From Squalus acanthias (lineage: Eukaryota), in contig CM059433.1 of assembly GCA_030390025.1 (NCBI GenBank), positions 6,760,001 to 6,824,000 on the forward strand: a stretch of 64,000 nucleotides of DNA, given 5' to 3'. Of the stretch, positions 1-13,054 are shown piece by piece. Each line of letters begins with the position of its first letter. Position 1 is the stretch's first letter. The position numbers and the translations under genes were made by a program. Under the pieces are notes generated by a model. That model was given only the letters and a program-made list of their open reading frames with translations, made no database searches and was not told where the DNA came from.

Positions 1-994
1 TTGTGTATTTGTACTCCCAGAACCCTTTCTTCCTCTATCCCATTTAGATTCTTATTTCCCAAGTAATATGTGACCTCCTTATTTTTCTTATTAAAATGTA
101 ATACCCATGTTGAAATTCATTTGCCAATTCTGCAACCGATGTACCTGTTCAGAAAAATCTTGCACACTTATATGTGGTGGATATTTCATAGGCTGGTGTA
201 GATCAATAGAACAATAATCTGCTGTCTTCCTTATCAACTCATGTTCAGAACCCACTCTTCTCGCAATTTGATGGCTGAATGTTGAACAAACCATCCTCCG
301 CTATTAATCAAAACTAGGCCAAAAAAAACCCCAGCAAATTTATCACCACCGTACAACTAATCCGTGTGAATAGGGTCATTGTTGCTATCTAGAACAAGAT
401 CGCATCAGGAGTTTGTCATGGATATTGCGCTCTGTCCATATTTCCATCAATAGCTTCATTATTTTAAGGTTGGAAATGACCCAAAAAAAAAAATTTCACG
501 TGGAATTTTTATTCATTAATGCAGTAAGTCGGTGCCTTGTACAGTCCAGTATCCTAGGAGTTCTGTCCTGATTTTTATGCCAACTGGCTGACTAGCATAA
601 AAAAATCATTCGTGCAAGCATACATTTTGCACCTTGCATTTTTCAGTCCATAAATGCCTGCTTTTATGGTGCACAATATTAATATTAATATTGCTGGGTC
701 AACAGGAGGTCGCAGATATTCTTTAGGCATTCTCCAAATGTTTAAGTGTTAAATACAGAAATTATCTCATAGGAAAGCATGAGGGAGTTGTGTAGGTCTC
801 AGCTAAATGTAAAATAATATGTATATTTAACGCCTAAATGGTATTATTTTTGAAGAAACAACGCAGTTGATGCTTTATTTGTCCTCTCAATATTTGTCTT
901 TGTCAGAGGTCTTTCCTGTTCGTGTAATTTAAAAAAAATATATTCAACAACAGCAACATTTTGCACGTGTATAGCACGTTTAACATAATAAACA

Positions 995-1570
995 GTTATA
1001 CAGGGCATTGGTGAGACCACATCTGGAGTACTGTGTACAGTATTGGTCTCCTTATTTAAGGAAGGATGTAAATGCGCTGGAAGCAGTTCAGAGAAGGTTT
1101 ACTAGACTAATACCTGGAATGGGCGGGTTGTCTTATGAGGAAAGGCTGGACAGGCTAGGCTTGTATCCGCTGGAGTTTAGAAGAGTAAGAGATGACTTGA
1201 TTGAAACATATAAGATCCTGAGGGGTCTGGACAGGGTGGATGTGGAGAGGATGTTTCCTCTTGTGGGAGAATCGAGAACTAGGGGTCACTGTTTAAAAAT
1301 AAGGGGTCGCCCATTTAAGACAGAGATGAGGAGAATTTTTTCTCACAGAGGGTCGTGAGTCTTTGGAACTCTCTTCCTCAGAGGGCGGTAGAAGCAGAGT
1401 CTTTGAATATTTTTAAGGCAGAGGTAGATAGATTCTTGGTAAGCAAGGGGGGTGAAAGGTTATCGGGGGTAGGCGGGAATGTGGAGTAATCGGATCAGCC
1501 GTGATCTCATTGAATGGTGGAGCAGGCTCGAGGGGCCGAGTGGCCTACTCCTGCTCCTAATTCGTATGTA
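995..1570 (+). mobile_element. CR1 LINE 3' fragment
   Basis: LVRPHLEYCVQYWSPYLRKD...LEAVQRRFTRLIPGM (CR1 ORF2 C-terminus), followed by the CR1 3' UTR (gatcagcc...gctcgaggggccga.tggcctactcctgctcc). Confidence 0.9.
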
Positions 1571-1579
1571 CATATGTTT

Positions 1580-2100
1580 GTATAAAACATTGCAAGGTGC
1601 TTCACAGGGCAAGAACAGACAAATATTAGTAGTAGGAGAAGAGCTACAGGAGGGAACTGATAGCATGGCCAAAGAGGTAGATTTTGAGGAGGCTTTTGAA
1701 AAAAAGAGAGAGAGAGAGGTAGCAAGGGAGAGTGATTTAGGGATACAGTTCCAGAATATGAGACCAAGGCGGCTGAAGGCTCTGCCATTGAGGCTGGAGT
1801 GGAGAGACCACGTAGGGCTGGAGGAGTTTGTAGAGGTAATAAGGGGTGATTTCATGAAGGGAGTTGTAAACAAGGGCAATAATTTGGAATTTGTGTTTGG
1901 AGGTGGGGAAAAAATGGAGTTTGGCACGGACAAGGATAAAGGGGAGCAGGGCAGTGTGAACTCCAGAGGAAAGCAATGGTGAAGTCAAACCCGCAGGTGA
2001 CAAAAGGATGAGGATTTCAGCGGCACTAGTGAGAGCAAGAGCTGAGATGGCAATAGTGTGGAGGGGGAAATCGGGGATCTTGGTGATGGATAAGATATGT
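1580..2100 (-). mobile_element. Old, diverged L2 LINE 3' fragment
   Basis: Degenerate match to the younger L2 copies (caaggtgcttcacagg...ggccaaagaggtagattttgagg...gagagaggtag). Confidence 0.55.
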
Positions 2101-3974
2101 GGTGGGAATTTCGGCCGGTGTAACTTCAGCAGAAGACCAGTGGAAACCCAGATATACTGCATAAGGGGGTTTCCACCAAAGATACAGTGACCGGGAAGTC
2201 ACCATGAATTTTTAGTTGGGCTGACCTTGGAAGATTGCTCATGGTCAACCCTTGTGAAAACCAGGGGACGTAATGCTCATCGTGATCCACTCCCTCTACC
2301 TCAGGATTTGAAAGTTTATAATAATAGATTCAAAATATATATATTTTTTTTTAATTGACGGAAAAAAAAAGTAGACAACTAGTAGGTGGAAAGTGGGCTC
2401 AGGTCAAGAAACAAAAAACACTGATTATAGTCCTGAAGGGAAGGAGGAGACTTGCAGCTAAAGTTGAACGGTTAGATCATGTGTTGGAAGCTGGTCTGGA
2501 CAGCCAGATCCCATTTTCCCAAACTACTCCTCTGTCACTTGAAACATCTTCCTGTGCACTTTCCTAATAACTGGGGAAAACAAAATACAGCCAAAAATAT
2601 TTATTGCAACATTACAAATGTGGCGTTACTCTTGCTAAATAATAAGTTAATAAATACTCTTTGTTATCTAGTACTGAGGAAACACCATCCTCTGGGTCGT
2701 GCCTGGCCCATTATTACCAAGTTGGAAGCTCACATCCACGGAAATAAACCCTGGGCTAGCAAAACGGGGGAAGGGGAGGCGATCTCTGTGCAGAACTATT
2801 TTTAGTGCAGCTTTCCTTTGGACCCCTGGGACAGCAACCCAAGAACAAAACTGCAACTTCCCTGGATTTCTGCCCATTGATGAAAGCAAAGTATTTGCAA
2901 CGGTGTACCTGGATCATGCTATACAGGCCATCATACCTCTCTCGCCTCCTGTGTACAACATCGGTGTCACCGAGTGTCACTGGTTGCTTAGGCAACTCAC
3001 TCATTCTCTGAAGATCTACAGCTAAGGAGTGATATTTTGCTGCTTTACATCAACTACAATTATTATATTTTTTGAGTCATCATACATCCAATATCATTTC
3101 ATCAAAGTACACAAGAAAGTACGACATAAATGGAAATTGGTAACAAGAGCAGATACCAGGGAAAGAAAAAAAAAATCGCTACTCGGAGAGCTAAATGTTT
3201 GGAATAACCTAACAAGCAAGGCAATTGGGGTCATTCAAAATACGGTTGCTTCTTCTTACCATAATGGAAGAGCTAATGCACGAGATGGGATGAGCTTCAA
3301 AGGGGGCCATTCCTCACCGAGGGATCTTTCTGTTGTTTATGTGCATTGTAGGCACTTCATCTGGCCAACAGGGGCCACTCATGAACTATTACACAGGAAT
3401 GAGTCAGATTGCCATCGGCAAGAACTCCAAGGGAGCTGGTGTCATTGGGCAACCCGGCAATTAGTTCAGTGTTATTTATGCAAAACAGGCCAATTAATTC
3501 CCTGCATTTTGGGAAAAAAAACAAAAACTTGGAAGGACCGGCTCGTCTGCTTGTTGCAAACAAACAAAATACTCCACTCCTGTGAACATTGCCTCAGTTT
3601 CTCCCTCCTTTAAACTTATTCCTTTAATGACTCATTGCGTATTAAATTGGCCGTCAGATTTATCAGATTAGACCCTGGCGTTGTTTTACAGTCGGATCAG
3701 TTTTGTAAGGCCCCAGGAAGCGGCACCACTGCACCTAACTCTTCCCACCCTTCCATTTACCAGCTTCCTTTCCATGCAGTCAATCCCCCTAATTACCTTG
3801 ACCACGGCATACGACTAACTTGAAAAAAAAAGTAAAGGAAATTTGATTTGATTTCTGAAACTGATACATGATTCATCTAAATTAACATACAAATACAATG
3901 TTCCTTTTGTATGTAAACAGGATGTACTTTATTACTCCTCACGTCTAGTAGATACAGCTGAGAATAACTTTTTA

Positions 3975-4195
3975 TTAATTTTGGGAGGTGGGCGTTACTG
4001 GCAAGGCCGGCATTTATTGCCCATCCCTCGTTGCCCTGAGAAGGTGGTGGGGTGGGCCTTTGTCTTAAACCGCTGCAGTCCGTGTGGTGAAGGCACTCCT
4101 CCACCCCCCACGCGGTTATTCTTGGTCGCGATTTAGTACCACAGAGTGGTTTGCTCGGCCACTTCAGAGGGCAGTTAAAAGTCAATCACGTTGCA
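3975..4195 (-). mobile_element. 3' fragment of the poly(A)-tailed LINE family (see 7663-8405)
   Basis: gggcgttactggcaaggcc.gcatttattgcccatccc...gccctgagaaggtggtgg...ctgcagtccgtgtggtgaagg is the reverse complement of the 3' end of the 7663 copy. Confidence 0.75.
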
Positions 4196-4369
4196 GAACA
4201 CCCGACAGACTGGGCTGTAGCTTCGACCCATCTGTTGCCACAGGAGTGCAAAGTAAATGACTTTTCTGTGTTGCACTGAATCTCAGCTACTCGTCACAGT
4301 TTGGCCCAGGTTCTTCCAACCTCTGGGCATATTTGAGCATCAGAGTAAAGACGTCTTACTGCATTATAT

Positions 4370-4465
4370 GCTTGTAATTTTAAATAAATCTGTTGGACTA
4401 TAACCTGGTGTTGTGCGACTTCTCATTTTTGTCCACCCCAGTCCAATGCCGGCATCTCCACATCA
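4370..4465 (+). mobile_element. Penelope-like element terminal fragment, family A
   Basis: gcttgtaattttaaataaatctgttggactataacctggtgttgtgcgact...catctccacatca, flanked by a 10-bp TSD TGCATTATAT (4360-4369 / 4466-4475). Confidence 0.75.
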
Positions 4466-4894
4466 TGCATTATATAGGGCCCTGGTGAGACCACACCTGG
4501 AGTATTGTGTACAGTTTTAGTCTCCTTACCTAAGGAAGGATATACTTGCCATAGAGGGAGTGCAACGAAGGTTCACCAGACTGGTTCCTGGGATGAGGGG
4601 AATGTCCTATGAAGAGAGATTGAGTAGACTAGGCCTATATTCTCTCGAGTTTAGAAGAATGAGAGGTGATCTCATTGAAACATACAAAATTCTTACAGGG
4701 CTTGACAGGGTAGATGCAGGGAGGATGTTTCCCCTGGCTGGAGAGTCTAGAACCAGGGGTCACAGTCTCAGAATAAGGGGTCGGCCATTTAGGACTGAGA
4801 TGAGGAGAAATTTCTTCACTCAGAGGGTGGTGAATCTTTGGAATTCTCTACCCCAGAGGGCTGTGGAGGCTCAGTCGTTGAGTATATTCAAGAT

Positions 4895-5032
4895 GCGGAG
4901 ATGCCGGTGTTGGACTGGGGTGGACAAAAATGAGAAGTCGCACAACACCAGGTTATAGTCCAACAGTTTTATTTGAAATCACGAGCTTTCGGAGCACTGC
5001 TCCTTCGTCAGGTTTTTTTTTACCTGACGAAG
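4895..5032 (-). mobile_element. Penelope-like terminal fragment, family A, with hammerhead motif
   Basis: Minus strand reads ctgacga-a-ggagc-agt-gctcc-gaaa-gctc. 15-bp TSD GAGTATATTCAAGAT (4880-4894 / 5033-5047). Short inverted stub cctgacgaagg at the right end. Confidence 0.8.
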
Positions 5033-5532
5033 GAGTATATTCAAGATAGAGATCGATAGATTTTTGAATATTAAGGGAATTAAGGGGATCTGGGGTTAGT
5101 GGAGGAAAGTGGAGTTGAGGTAGAAGATCAGCCAAGATTTCATTGAATGGCGGAGCAGGCTCGAGGGGCCGAATGGCCGACTCCTGCTCCTATTTTTTAT
5201 GTTCTTATGTTCTTATTTGATATTTGGGAGAAAAAGTGCGCAAATGAGTCAAATTTGCATCAAAATGAACTAGCGTGTGATTTTGTCAGTAGGCTCTGGG
5301 AGCCCAGAACTAAATATGTCTTTTATTCAAATTAGAATAAAGTGAAATCACAGCCTCACCAGATTATTTTAAATTGTATATTGGAAAATACCACAGAGCT
5401 CAGGAAAGGCCATCCATCAACCCGACCCTCACTGGATCATTAAAAGTTTCTTCTTACGTTTAAAAAGCATCCCTTGGATTCTGGGGTCCAGTTTCACCAT
5501 TTTCTGCACTGATTGCTATGTGCAGCGGTAAA

Positions 5533-6004
5533 AGAAAAGAAAGACTTGTATTTCTATAGCGCCTTTCACGACCACCGGACGTCTCAAAACGCTTTACAGC
5601 CAATGAAGTACTTTTGAAGTGGAGTCACTGTTGTAATGTGGGAAACGCGGCAGCCAATTTGCGCACAGCAAGCTCCCACAAACAGCAATGTGATAATGAC
5701 CAGATAATCTGTTTTTGTGATGTTGGTTGAGGGATAAATATTGGCCCCATGACACCGGGAATAACTCCCCTGCTCTTCTTCAAAATAGTCGTCACGGGAT
5801 CTTTTACATCCACCTGAGAGAGCAGACGGGGCCTCGGTTTAACGTCTCATCTGAAAGACGGCACCTCCGACAGTGCAGCACTCCCTCAGCACTGCACTGG
5901 AGTGTCAGCCTTGCTTTCTGTGCTCAAGTCTCTGGAGTGGGACTTGAACCCACAACCTTCTGACTCAGAGGTGAGTGTGCTACCCACTGAGCCACAGCTG
6001 ACAC
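5533..6004 (-). mobile_element. tRNA-derived Deu-domain SINE (SacSINE1-like), full length
   Basis: Minus strand: A box tggctcagtggg, B box ggttcaagtcc, central gtgccgtctttcagatgagacgttaaaccgagg, tail aaaggcgctatagaaatacaag(tttc)n. Confidence 0.85.
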
Positions 6005-6114
6005 AGCGGTGGTACATAAAACATGGCATTGAGGTAAGCGTTAGCAATAAAGAGGTGACAGGACTGTCTGCTTTTTAATAATATGTGGCCAGTATACAGA
6101 AATCACATTTCAGG

Positions 6115-6452
6115 ACTACAGGATGTCCCAAAGCGCTTACAGCCAATGAAGTACTTTTTGAAGTGGAGTCACAGTTGTAATGTGGGAAACGCAGCAGCCA
6201 ATTTGCGCACAGCAAGCTCCCACAAACAGCAATGTGATAATGACCAGATAATCTGTTTTTGTTATGTTGGTTGAGGGATAAATATTGGCCCCAGGACACC
6301 GGGGATAACTCCCCTGCTCTTCTTCGAAATAGCGTCATGGGATCTTTTATGTCCACCTGAGAGAGCAGACGGGGCCTCGGTTTAACGTCTCATCTGAACG
6401 ACGGCACCTCCGACAGTGCAGCGCTCCCCCAGCACTGCACCGAAGGGTCAGC
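6115..6452 (-). mobile_element. Deu-domain SINE, partial
   Basis: High identity to the central and 3' part of 5533-6004. Confidence 0.85.
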
Positions 6453-7662
6453 CTGCTGATAAACTGCCGCTATCGGAGCTTTTACACAGGACAATGCGGA
6501 AAAATGAGGTGAGAACTGCTCTCCTCCATTGTACATTCTGTGCACAGAACGTGAAAGAGCAGCGGAACATAATTCAACAGTCAACTGTTTGACACCCAGG
6601 ATTTTGAAAAGAGGGTTTTATATAGAAATGGTCACATCTCTTGTAGATTTCTCTGCACGTCAAGGATTACTCGGTACTTCTGATTAAAATAATTGGTGGA
6701 TGCGAGAAGGAATATTTTAATTGTGGAACAAACAATGAAAGAGGATGTACATAGGATGATGTGGTCTGAGGCAATGTGTGTTATCAGTTATATATGACTG
6801 CACCAAATGGGCAAGGATGCCATTTGGCTTTAAAATAAAAAACACAATTCAATATGCTCAGATTTTGACATTAATTTAAAAATATAAGCTCTGTATTTAA
6901 AAAAACTAGAACTCTTATTGTGGGCATCACAAATTCAGTTCAGTTTCCCGTCACATATTTTTATTAATAGCCTGTCTAAAATTGCATGTTGGGCAGACTT
7001 TAGTTTGTGGCGATAGACCAGAGGCTGTTTAACATTCAAACACGCTCTGCACGTTTAATCCTGTTATTGAGCTTCCTTCACTGTGTTAATATCCTTACTA
7101 ATGCTTCCCATTAAAATTAATTGCCTTCAATTTTCACAGGGATTCTCCGGTGGAACCCTTGGAGAACTAACGGTTAAAATGGATAAACAGACAGCCGTTT
7201 TCGACATTTCTCCAGGGTTTCTGTCGATCTTCCGCTGAAGTTATGGCAGGAGACCAGGCAAACCCCGGGGAAATTCTCATCCAGTAGAATCAAACTACAC
7301 TTCATACAACAGCTGCATAAGGCGCAAAAAAAAAAATGAGCTAATATCCAAACCGAATGTTCAGTTCTCGCCAGAGAATGGTGACTGGCAAGTGAAGTAA
7401 AAGCAAATGAAAACTCTGATTGGAAAAAAATAATACAATGGGTTTGATGATATAAGCCCTGTTTCATGACCCATTGCTGCGTCTAGTTGTGGAACAGCAC
7501 CATGACGCAAGCACGCAGCTACACTGAAAGCCTCTATGCAGCCTGTACAAGCAGTGCTAATCGTATGGCAGTTTGGAAGATCCATGAAAATCTGGGCCTG
7601 TAATGCTATCAGAACTCCTTCATACTTGCACTACGGGGAACCGTGCAGGTGCATTAATGGCA

Positions 7663-8405
7663 ATCGAGAGTCTAACCACCGCCCCTTGACATTCAACGGC
7701 ATTACCATTGCCGAATCCCCCACCATCAACATCCTGGGGGTCACCATTGATCAGAAACTTAACTGGACCAGCCACATAAATACTGTGGCAACAAGAGCAG
7801 GTCAGAGACTGGGAACTCTGCGGCAAGTGTCTCACCTCCTGACTCCCCAGTCTTTCCACCATCTACAAGGCACAAGTAAGGAGTGTGATGGAATACTCTC
7901 CACTTGCCTGGATGAGTGCAGCTCCAACAACACTCAAGAAGCTCGGCACCATCCAGGACAAAGCAGCCCGCTTGATCGGCACCCCATCCACCACCTTAAA
8001 CATTCACTCCCTCCACCACCGGCGCACCGTGGCTGCAGTGTGTACCATCTACAAGATGCACTGCAGCAACTCACCAAGGCTTCTCCGGCAGCACCTCCCA
8101 AACCCACGAACTCTTCCACCTAGAAGGACAAGGGCAGCAAGCGCATGGGAGCACCACCACCTCCAAGTTCCCCTCCAAGTCACACACCATCCTGACTTAG
8201 AAGTGTATCGGCCGATCCTTCATCGTCGCTGGGTCAAAATCCTGGAACTCCCTCCCTAACAGCACTGTGGGAGTACCTTCACCTCACAGACTGCAGCGGT
8301 TCAAGAAGGCGGCTCACCACCACCTTCTCAAGGGCAATTAGAGATGGGCAATAAATGCTGGCCTTGCCAGCGACGCCCACATCCCATTAAAAACGAATTT
8401 TTTAA
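7663..8405 (+). mobile_element. Non-LTR retrotransposon 3' fragment (CR1/L2/Jockey group, distinct from CR1 and L2 here), A-rich tail
   Basis: INILGVTIDQKLNWTSHINTVATRAGQRLG...RSVMEYSPLAWMSAAPTTLKKLGTIQDKAARLIG, a post-RT LINE domain; frameshifted. Confidence 0.85.
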
Positions 8406-8910
8406 AAGATCCCCCAAATGCCACAGTTGCCGTCCCACACAGCATATAACAGAGGAGTGCAGCGTTCTTTACCCATATAGGTGGCAAAAAAACACTCTTC
8501 ATTTTCAACAAAAACTTTGTTGCTTAAACCCAAAATAAGGCAGTGGAAAATGAAGGCTAATCGGGTACCGAGGCCTACTGCTGCAGCCTACAAGCACTGG
8601 CTTCAAACTCCCTCCTTCCCCACTGCAGGACAATGGGCCGCCTGGCCCCAGGACACTGCGCGACATGTAAATTAAACAAAACGGAGCCTTGGCTTTCATT
8701 TCAGATGCAAGGAGCAAATAGTCACAGCATTCCTACTGTGTCAAGCGAGCTCTTTTCATCCTGCGTGCGCACCAGGAACTCCAGCACACCAACCTAAGCA
8801 GTTAGTGCTACAAAAATGGCCCTTTTTGCACCTCGGAGTGAAAGAAGTAAAACAATGTGCCACCCAGTACGAAGAGCCATCGGTTGCCTTGGGAGTCGAA
8901 TTCCGCCCAT

Positions 8911-9387
8911 AAAAGAAAAAGAAAAAGAAAGACTTGCATTTCTATAGCGCCTTTCACGACCACCGGACGTCTTAAAGCACTTTACAGCCAATGAAGTACT
9001 ATTTAAGTGGAATCACTGTTGTAATGTGGGAAAAGCGGCAGCCAATTTGCGCACAGCAAGCTCCCACAAACAGCAATGTGATAATGACCAGATAATCTGT
9101 TTTTTGTTATGTTGACTAAGGGATAAATATTGGCCCCAGGACACCGGGAATAACTCCACAGCTCTTCTTCGAAATAATGCCTTGGGATCTTTTACACCTG
9201 AGAGAGCAGACGGGGCCTCGGTTTAACTTCTCATCTGAAAGACGGCACCTCCGACAGTGCGGCACTCCCTCAGCACTGCACTGGGAGTGTCAGCCTAGAT
9301 TTATGTGCTCAAGTCCCTGGAGTGGGACTTGAACCCACAACCTTCTGACTCAGAGGCGAGTGGGCTACCCACTGAGCCACGGCTGAC
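8911..9387 (-). mobile_element. Deu-domain SINE, full length
   Basis: Same family as 5533-6004, with head and tail present. Confidence 0.85.
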
Positions 9388-9594
9388 CATGGTATAAGGG
9401 TATAAACACTCAAGTTTTACTGGTGCAGGTAATGCATACACTCTAACTGAAATTAAACAATAGAAAGGGCCAGCTACTGTGCAGAACCCTAAATTATCAT
9501 AACAGCCACTAAACTGAAACAGTTCCTGTTGAAGTGAAATAAAAATAGAGATGTAGAGATGGCCGGCCTCCCACATCCCACCCTACATAAACTT

Positions 9595-10137
9595 GAGGTC
9601 ATCCAAAACTTGGCTGCCCGTGTCCTAACTCGCACCAAGTCCCGTTCGCCCATCACCCACTGTGCTCGCTGACCTACATTGGCTCCTGGTTAAGCAGTGC
9701 CTCGATTTCAAAATTCTCATCCTTGTTTTCAAATCAACTCCATGGCCTCGCCCCTCCCTATCTCTAATCTCCTTCAGCCCCACAACCCTCGCACCCCCCC
9801 CCCCCCCCCCCCCCGAGATATCTGCGTTCCTCTAATTCTGCCCTCTTGAGCATCCCTGATTATAAATCGCTCAACCATTGGCGGCCGTGCCTTCTGTTGC
9901 CTGGGCCCTAAGCTCTGGAATTCCCTGCCTAAACCCCTTCACCTCGCTACCTCTCTCTCCTCCTTTAAGACGCTCCTTAAAACCTGCCTCTTTGACCAAG
10001 CTTTTGGTCACCTGGCCTAATTTCTCCGTATGTGGCTCGGTGTCAAATTTTTTGTCTTATAGAACTCCTGTGCAGCGCCTTGGAACGTTTTACTACGTTA
10101 AAGGTGCTATATAAATACAAGTTGTTGTTGTTGTTGT
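9595..10137 (+). mobile_element. L2-clade LINE 3' fragment
   Basis: Degenerate IQNLAARVLTRTKSRSPIT.VLADLHWL.VKQ.LDFKILILVFK, the L2 signature; tail aaaggtgctatataaatacaag(ttg)n. Confidence 0.85.
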
Positions 10138-10965
10138 ATAGCTCACTGAACATCAGCACCTGAGACCAGAAGAACTGGTAACATTTCAGATACGACTTTT
10201 CAATAGAAATGGCCATTTTCCATTTTTATTTTAGATTTTTACTGTTTCTTTTTATCTTAATTGAAATAAAATGGAAAAAACAGGGCTGGATTTCCCTCCA
10301 CTATACTGCCCAAAATAAGGTGGTGGGAAATAAAGGAAAATCAGGCACCCAGGCCTGCAACAGCTGCATCCCAGGTGCCCCGGCTTCAAATTCCCTCCTT
10401 CTCCCCCCCGGCTGCAGGGAAGTCAGGCCCGCTGGATCCCCAGAAACACTGCGCTCCATGGAATTGGCTGCAGGAGGCAAGGCCGAGCAGCTCACCCGAT
10501 CTCCCTCCTTTCTACCTTCCTTCCACTGACCACAGGGACCCCCAGAAGAGGGATGGCGGTGCACCCTAGGACAATGGGGAAAGGCCTGCTGTTTCGTTGT
10601 TCTGGAGGCGAAGGGGCCTAGTAGGGACATCTCTCCTAACCCAAGTCATCACTTCAACGCCGCAGTCCGGGCAGAGAGAGGCCTTCATTTAAAAATTGTG
10701 TGAAGTCTTCGGGACACTCCTTACCCACTTTAAAACAGCTCCTTTCTCTTCTGTTTCTGCAGCGGCAGGTTGCCTGTTGTTGGTGGTGGTGGGGTTCCCA
10801 CTGGAAGGCTGCCCGGCTTAACTAATGACACCCAGCCCAGGAAAATGGGTTTTGGGGGGGTGATCGCAGTGAGGTCGAGAGGCGGGGCGTAAGTACTGGC
10901 CTGACCGATTCCTCTGGCCCTGTACACTCTCCCAAAGCGTTGAGGTGACTGTTGTCTGAAAGTAG

Positions 10966-11100
10966 GGGGAGTGAATTTCCTCGGCGCTTCTCCCACTCCA
11001 CTGCCGTAACTTCGGTAGGAGTTTGTCAGAAACCAGTAGACAGTGGCGCTGCTGAACTTACAGCAGTGAAGCAGGAGCAGCGCAGAGGAAATTCACCCCC
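10966..11100. mobile_element. Short PIF/Harbinger-type MITE (135 bp)
   Basis: TIRs gtgaatttcctcggcgct / agcgcagaggaaattcac with G/C termini; 3-bp TSD TAG. Confidence 0.7.
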
Positions 11101-11402
11101 TAGGAGTTAAATGCATTTCTTATTCTGTTAGGGTGTGGCTTGTTCATATCAGACAGTCAATCAGGTTGTGCAGGTTTTTTGCATCCAGCCAGCATAACTT
11201 AGTTGCAGAACAGGTCTCGTCATCAGCCAAGCATCCATCAGTAATTTATCCTTTATGAGTTTCTGGTATTTTCATTGTTTAGGAAACCATTCTTATCTCC
11301 TGATTGGCACCTGATAACACTAGGGTGAGGTGTAGATGAGCTGGAGTCAGAACTTGGGATAAACTCAAAAGTAGTGTCAAAACACTGAGCGAAGCTAGAA
11401 CT

Positions 11403-11826
11403 ACATAGAATCATAGAAGATAGGAGCAGGAGTAGGCCATTCGGCCCCTCTAGCCTGCTCCGCCATTCAATGCGATCATGGCTGATCATCCAAATTCAGT
11501 ACCCTGTCCCTGCTTTCTCCCCATATCCCTTGATCCCTTTAGCCTTAAGAAATATATCCAACTCCTTCTTGAATCTATTTAATGAATTGGCCTCAACTGC
11601 CTTCTGTGGCAGAGAATTCCATAGGTTCGCAACTCTCTGGGTGAAGAAATTCCTCCTCATCTCAGTCTTAAATGGCTTACCCCTTATCCTTAGACTGTGA
11701 CCCCTGGTTCTGGACTCCCCCGACCATCGGGAACATCCTTCCTGCATCTAGTTTGTCTGTCCTGTCAGAACTTTATAAGTTTCAATGAGATCCCCTCTCA
11801 TTCTTCTAAACTCCAGCGAGTACAAT
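11403..11826 (-). mobile_element. CR1 3' fragment
   Basis: GESRTRGHSLRIRGKPFKTEMRRNFFTQRVANLWNSLP plus the 3' UTR. Confidence 0.9.
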
Positions 11827-12178
11827 CTCAGTGTTCAGATGATTCCGATTTCTTCCAGCTTTGGCTTCGGCCGCCACTGGTTCCCAGTTTGAACTCCAGG
11901 ATTCACCAATGAAACCGCAAAGGAATCTGTTTTTCTCTCTCCAGAACCAACGTCAGATTCAAAAGTCCCTAATCTATCGTCCGACTCACTCAAGACAAAC
12001 AGCTAATTCCAAGACATTTTTTTATGCCTGCTAGCTGAACGAAAACGTCAGCAGACTAGCGTACGCTGTTTTCTGTGAAGTTGCTGCTAATTTTTCCAGA
12101 TTCCCCCCCCCGCCTTGCAGAATGCATTGGGTAGATATTATAATCTGACAATGGCATGAATGTCCTTTGTTTTACTAA

Positions 12179-12380
12179 AGTGAGAAGTCGCACAACACCA
12201 GGTTATAGTCCAACAGTTTTATTTGAAATCACAAGCTTTCGGAGCGTCAGGTGACTTCACCCGACGAAGGAGCAGCTGCTCCGAAAGCTTGTGATTTCAA
12301 ATAAAACTGTTGGACTATAACCTGGTGTTGTGCGACTTCTCACATTTGTCCACCCCAGTCCAACATCTCCACATCATGGC
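12179..12380. mobile_element. Penelope-like fold-back element, family A
   Basis: Inverted arms (tgagaagtcgcacaacaccagg... / ...cctggtgttgtgcgacttctca), with a mutated hammerhead core ccgacga-a-ggagcagctgctcc-gaaa. 12-bp TSD TTGTTTTACTAA (12167-12178 / 12381-12392). Confidence 0.8.
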
Positions 12381-13054
12381 TTGTTTTACTAACACACTGT
12401 TCCACAAGTAGGTCACAGGTTTGTGCCTGGGATTCTCTGCACAGTAACTGAACTGATGATCGACAGGATGAAGGCTGAGTCTACCTGGGTGGGGGACTGG
12501 ACCTGACCTGACCTGTCCTCTCAGCTGCGGCGTGGTGCACTTGGGGAAGAGAGAAAATTAAAAAAATATATATTGACATTTCCTGATCCAAGGTACATCA
12601 TGTCTTTATCTCTCACATTTCACTTGTATGGCAAGATTCCTTTCCTTTTAAGAAACCTGCCTTTGTGTGCACAGTTCCTCATTCCTTGCAAATTGTGGCA
12701 TCAACATTAATCATGTGGAAATGTACTATTTTATTCTAAAAATCTGAAGTAGAAACTACCGTCTCATTTTCTTATCTGACACCCTTTTAATTAGCAGGAG
12801 GGCAGATCACAGAATTTTAATATCCTGATTAGTGAGGGACGCCATTGCTCAAATAAAGCAGGATTGGATCAGCTCCCATCTTTCAGTACACCTCAGGGAT
12901 GTTCTGTTGCCAGGCAACACTCCGTCTTTCACAACTGCGGCTAAAATCTAAAAAAAACCTTTGCTCTTCAGAATAAAGAGTCACAGCTCAAAGCATCCCA
13001 CCCTTCCAGCCAAAATAAGAAATATAGGGAGGAGGAGGGAAAGGTGAACCTCAA

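Larger units (their letters stand above)
4340..5213 (+). mobile_element. CR1 LINE 3' fragment interrupted by two Penelope-derived insertions
   Basis: QRRFTRLVPGMRGMSYEERLSRLGLYSLEFRRMRGDLIETYKI...LWNSLP plus the 3' UTR; the CR1 sequence resumes exactly after each insertion. Confidence 0.9.

Noticed and set aside
91..294. Minus-strand ORF with IDLHQP, faintly like GRHL1 IDLDTQP
   Set aside because: No further similarity to this highly conserved region, and exons 9-10 would have to precede it.
3029..3613. 194-aa ORF and neighbouring ORFs at 2479-3025
   Set aside because: No recognisable domain, non-ATG start or random-looking composition, and no supported splice structure.
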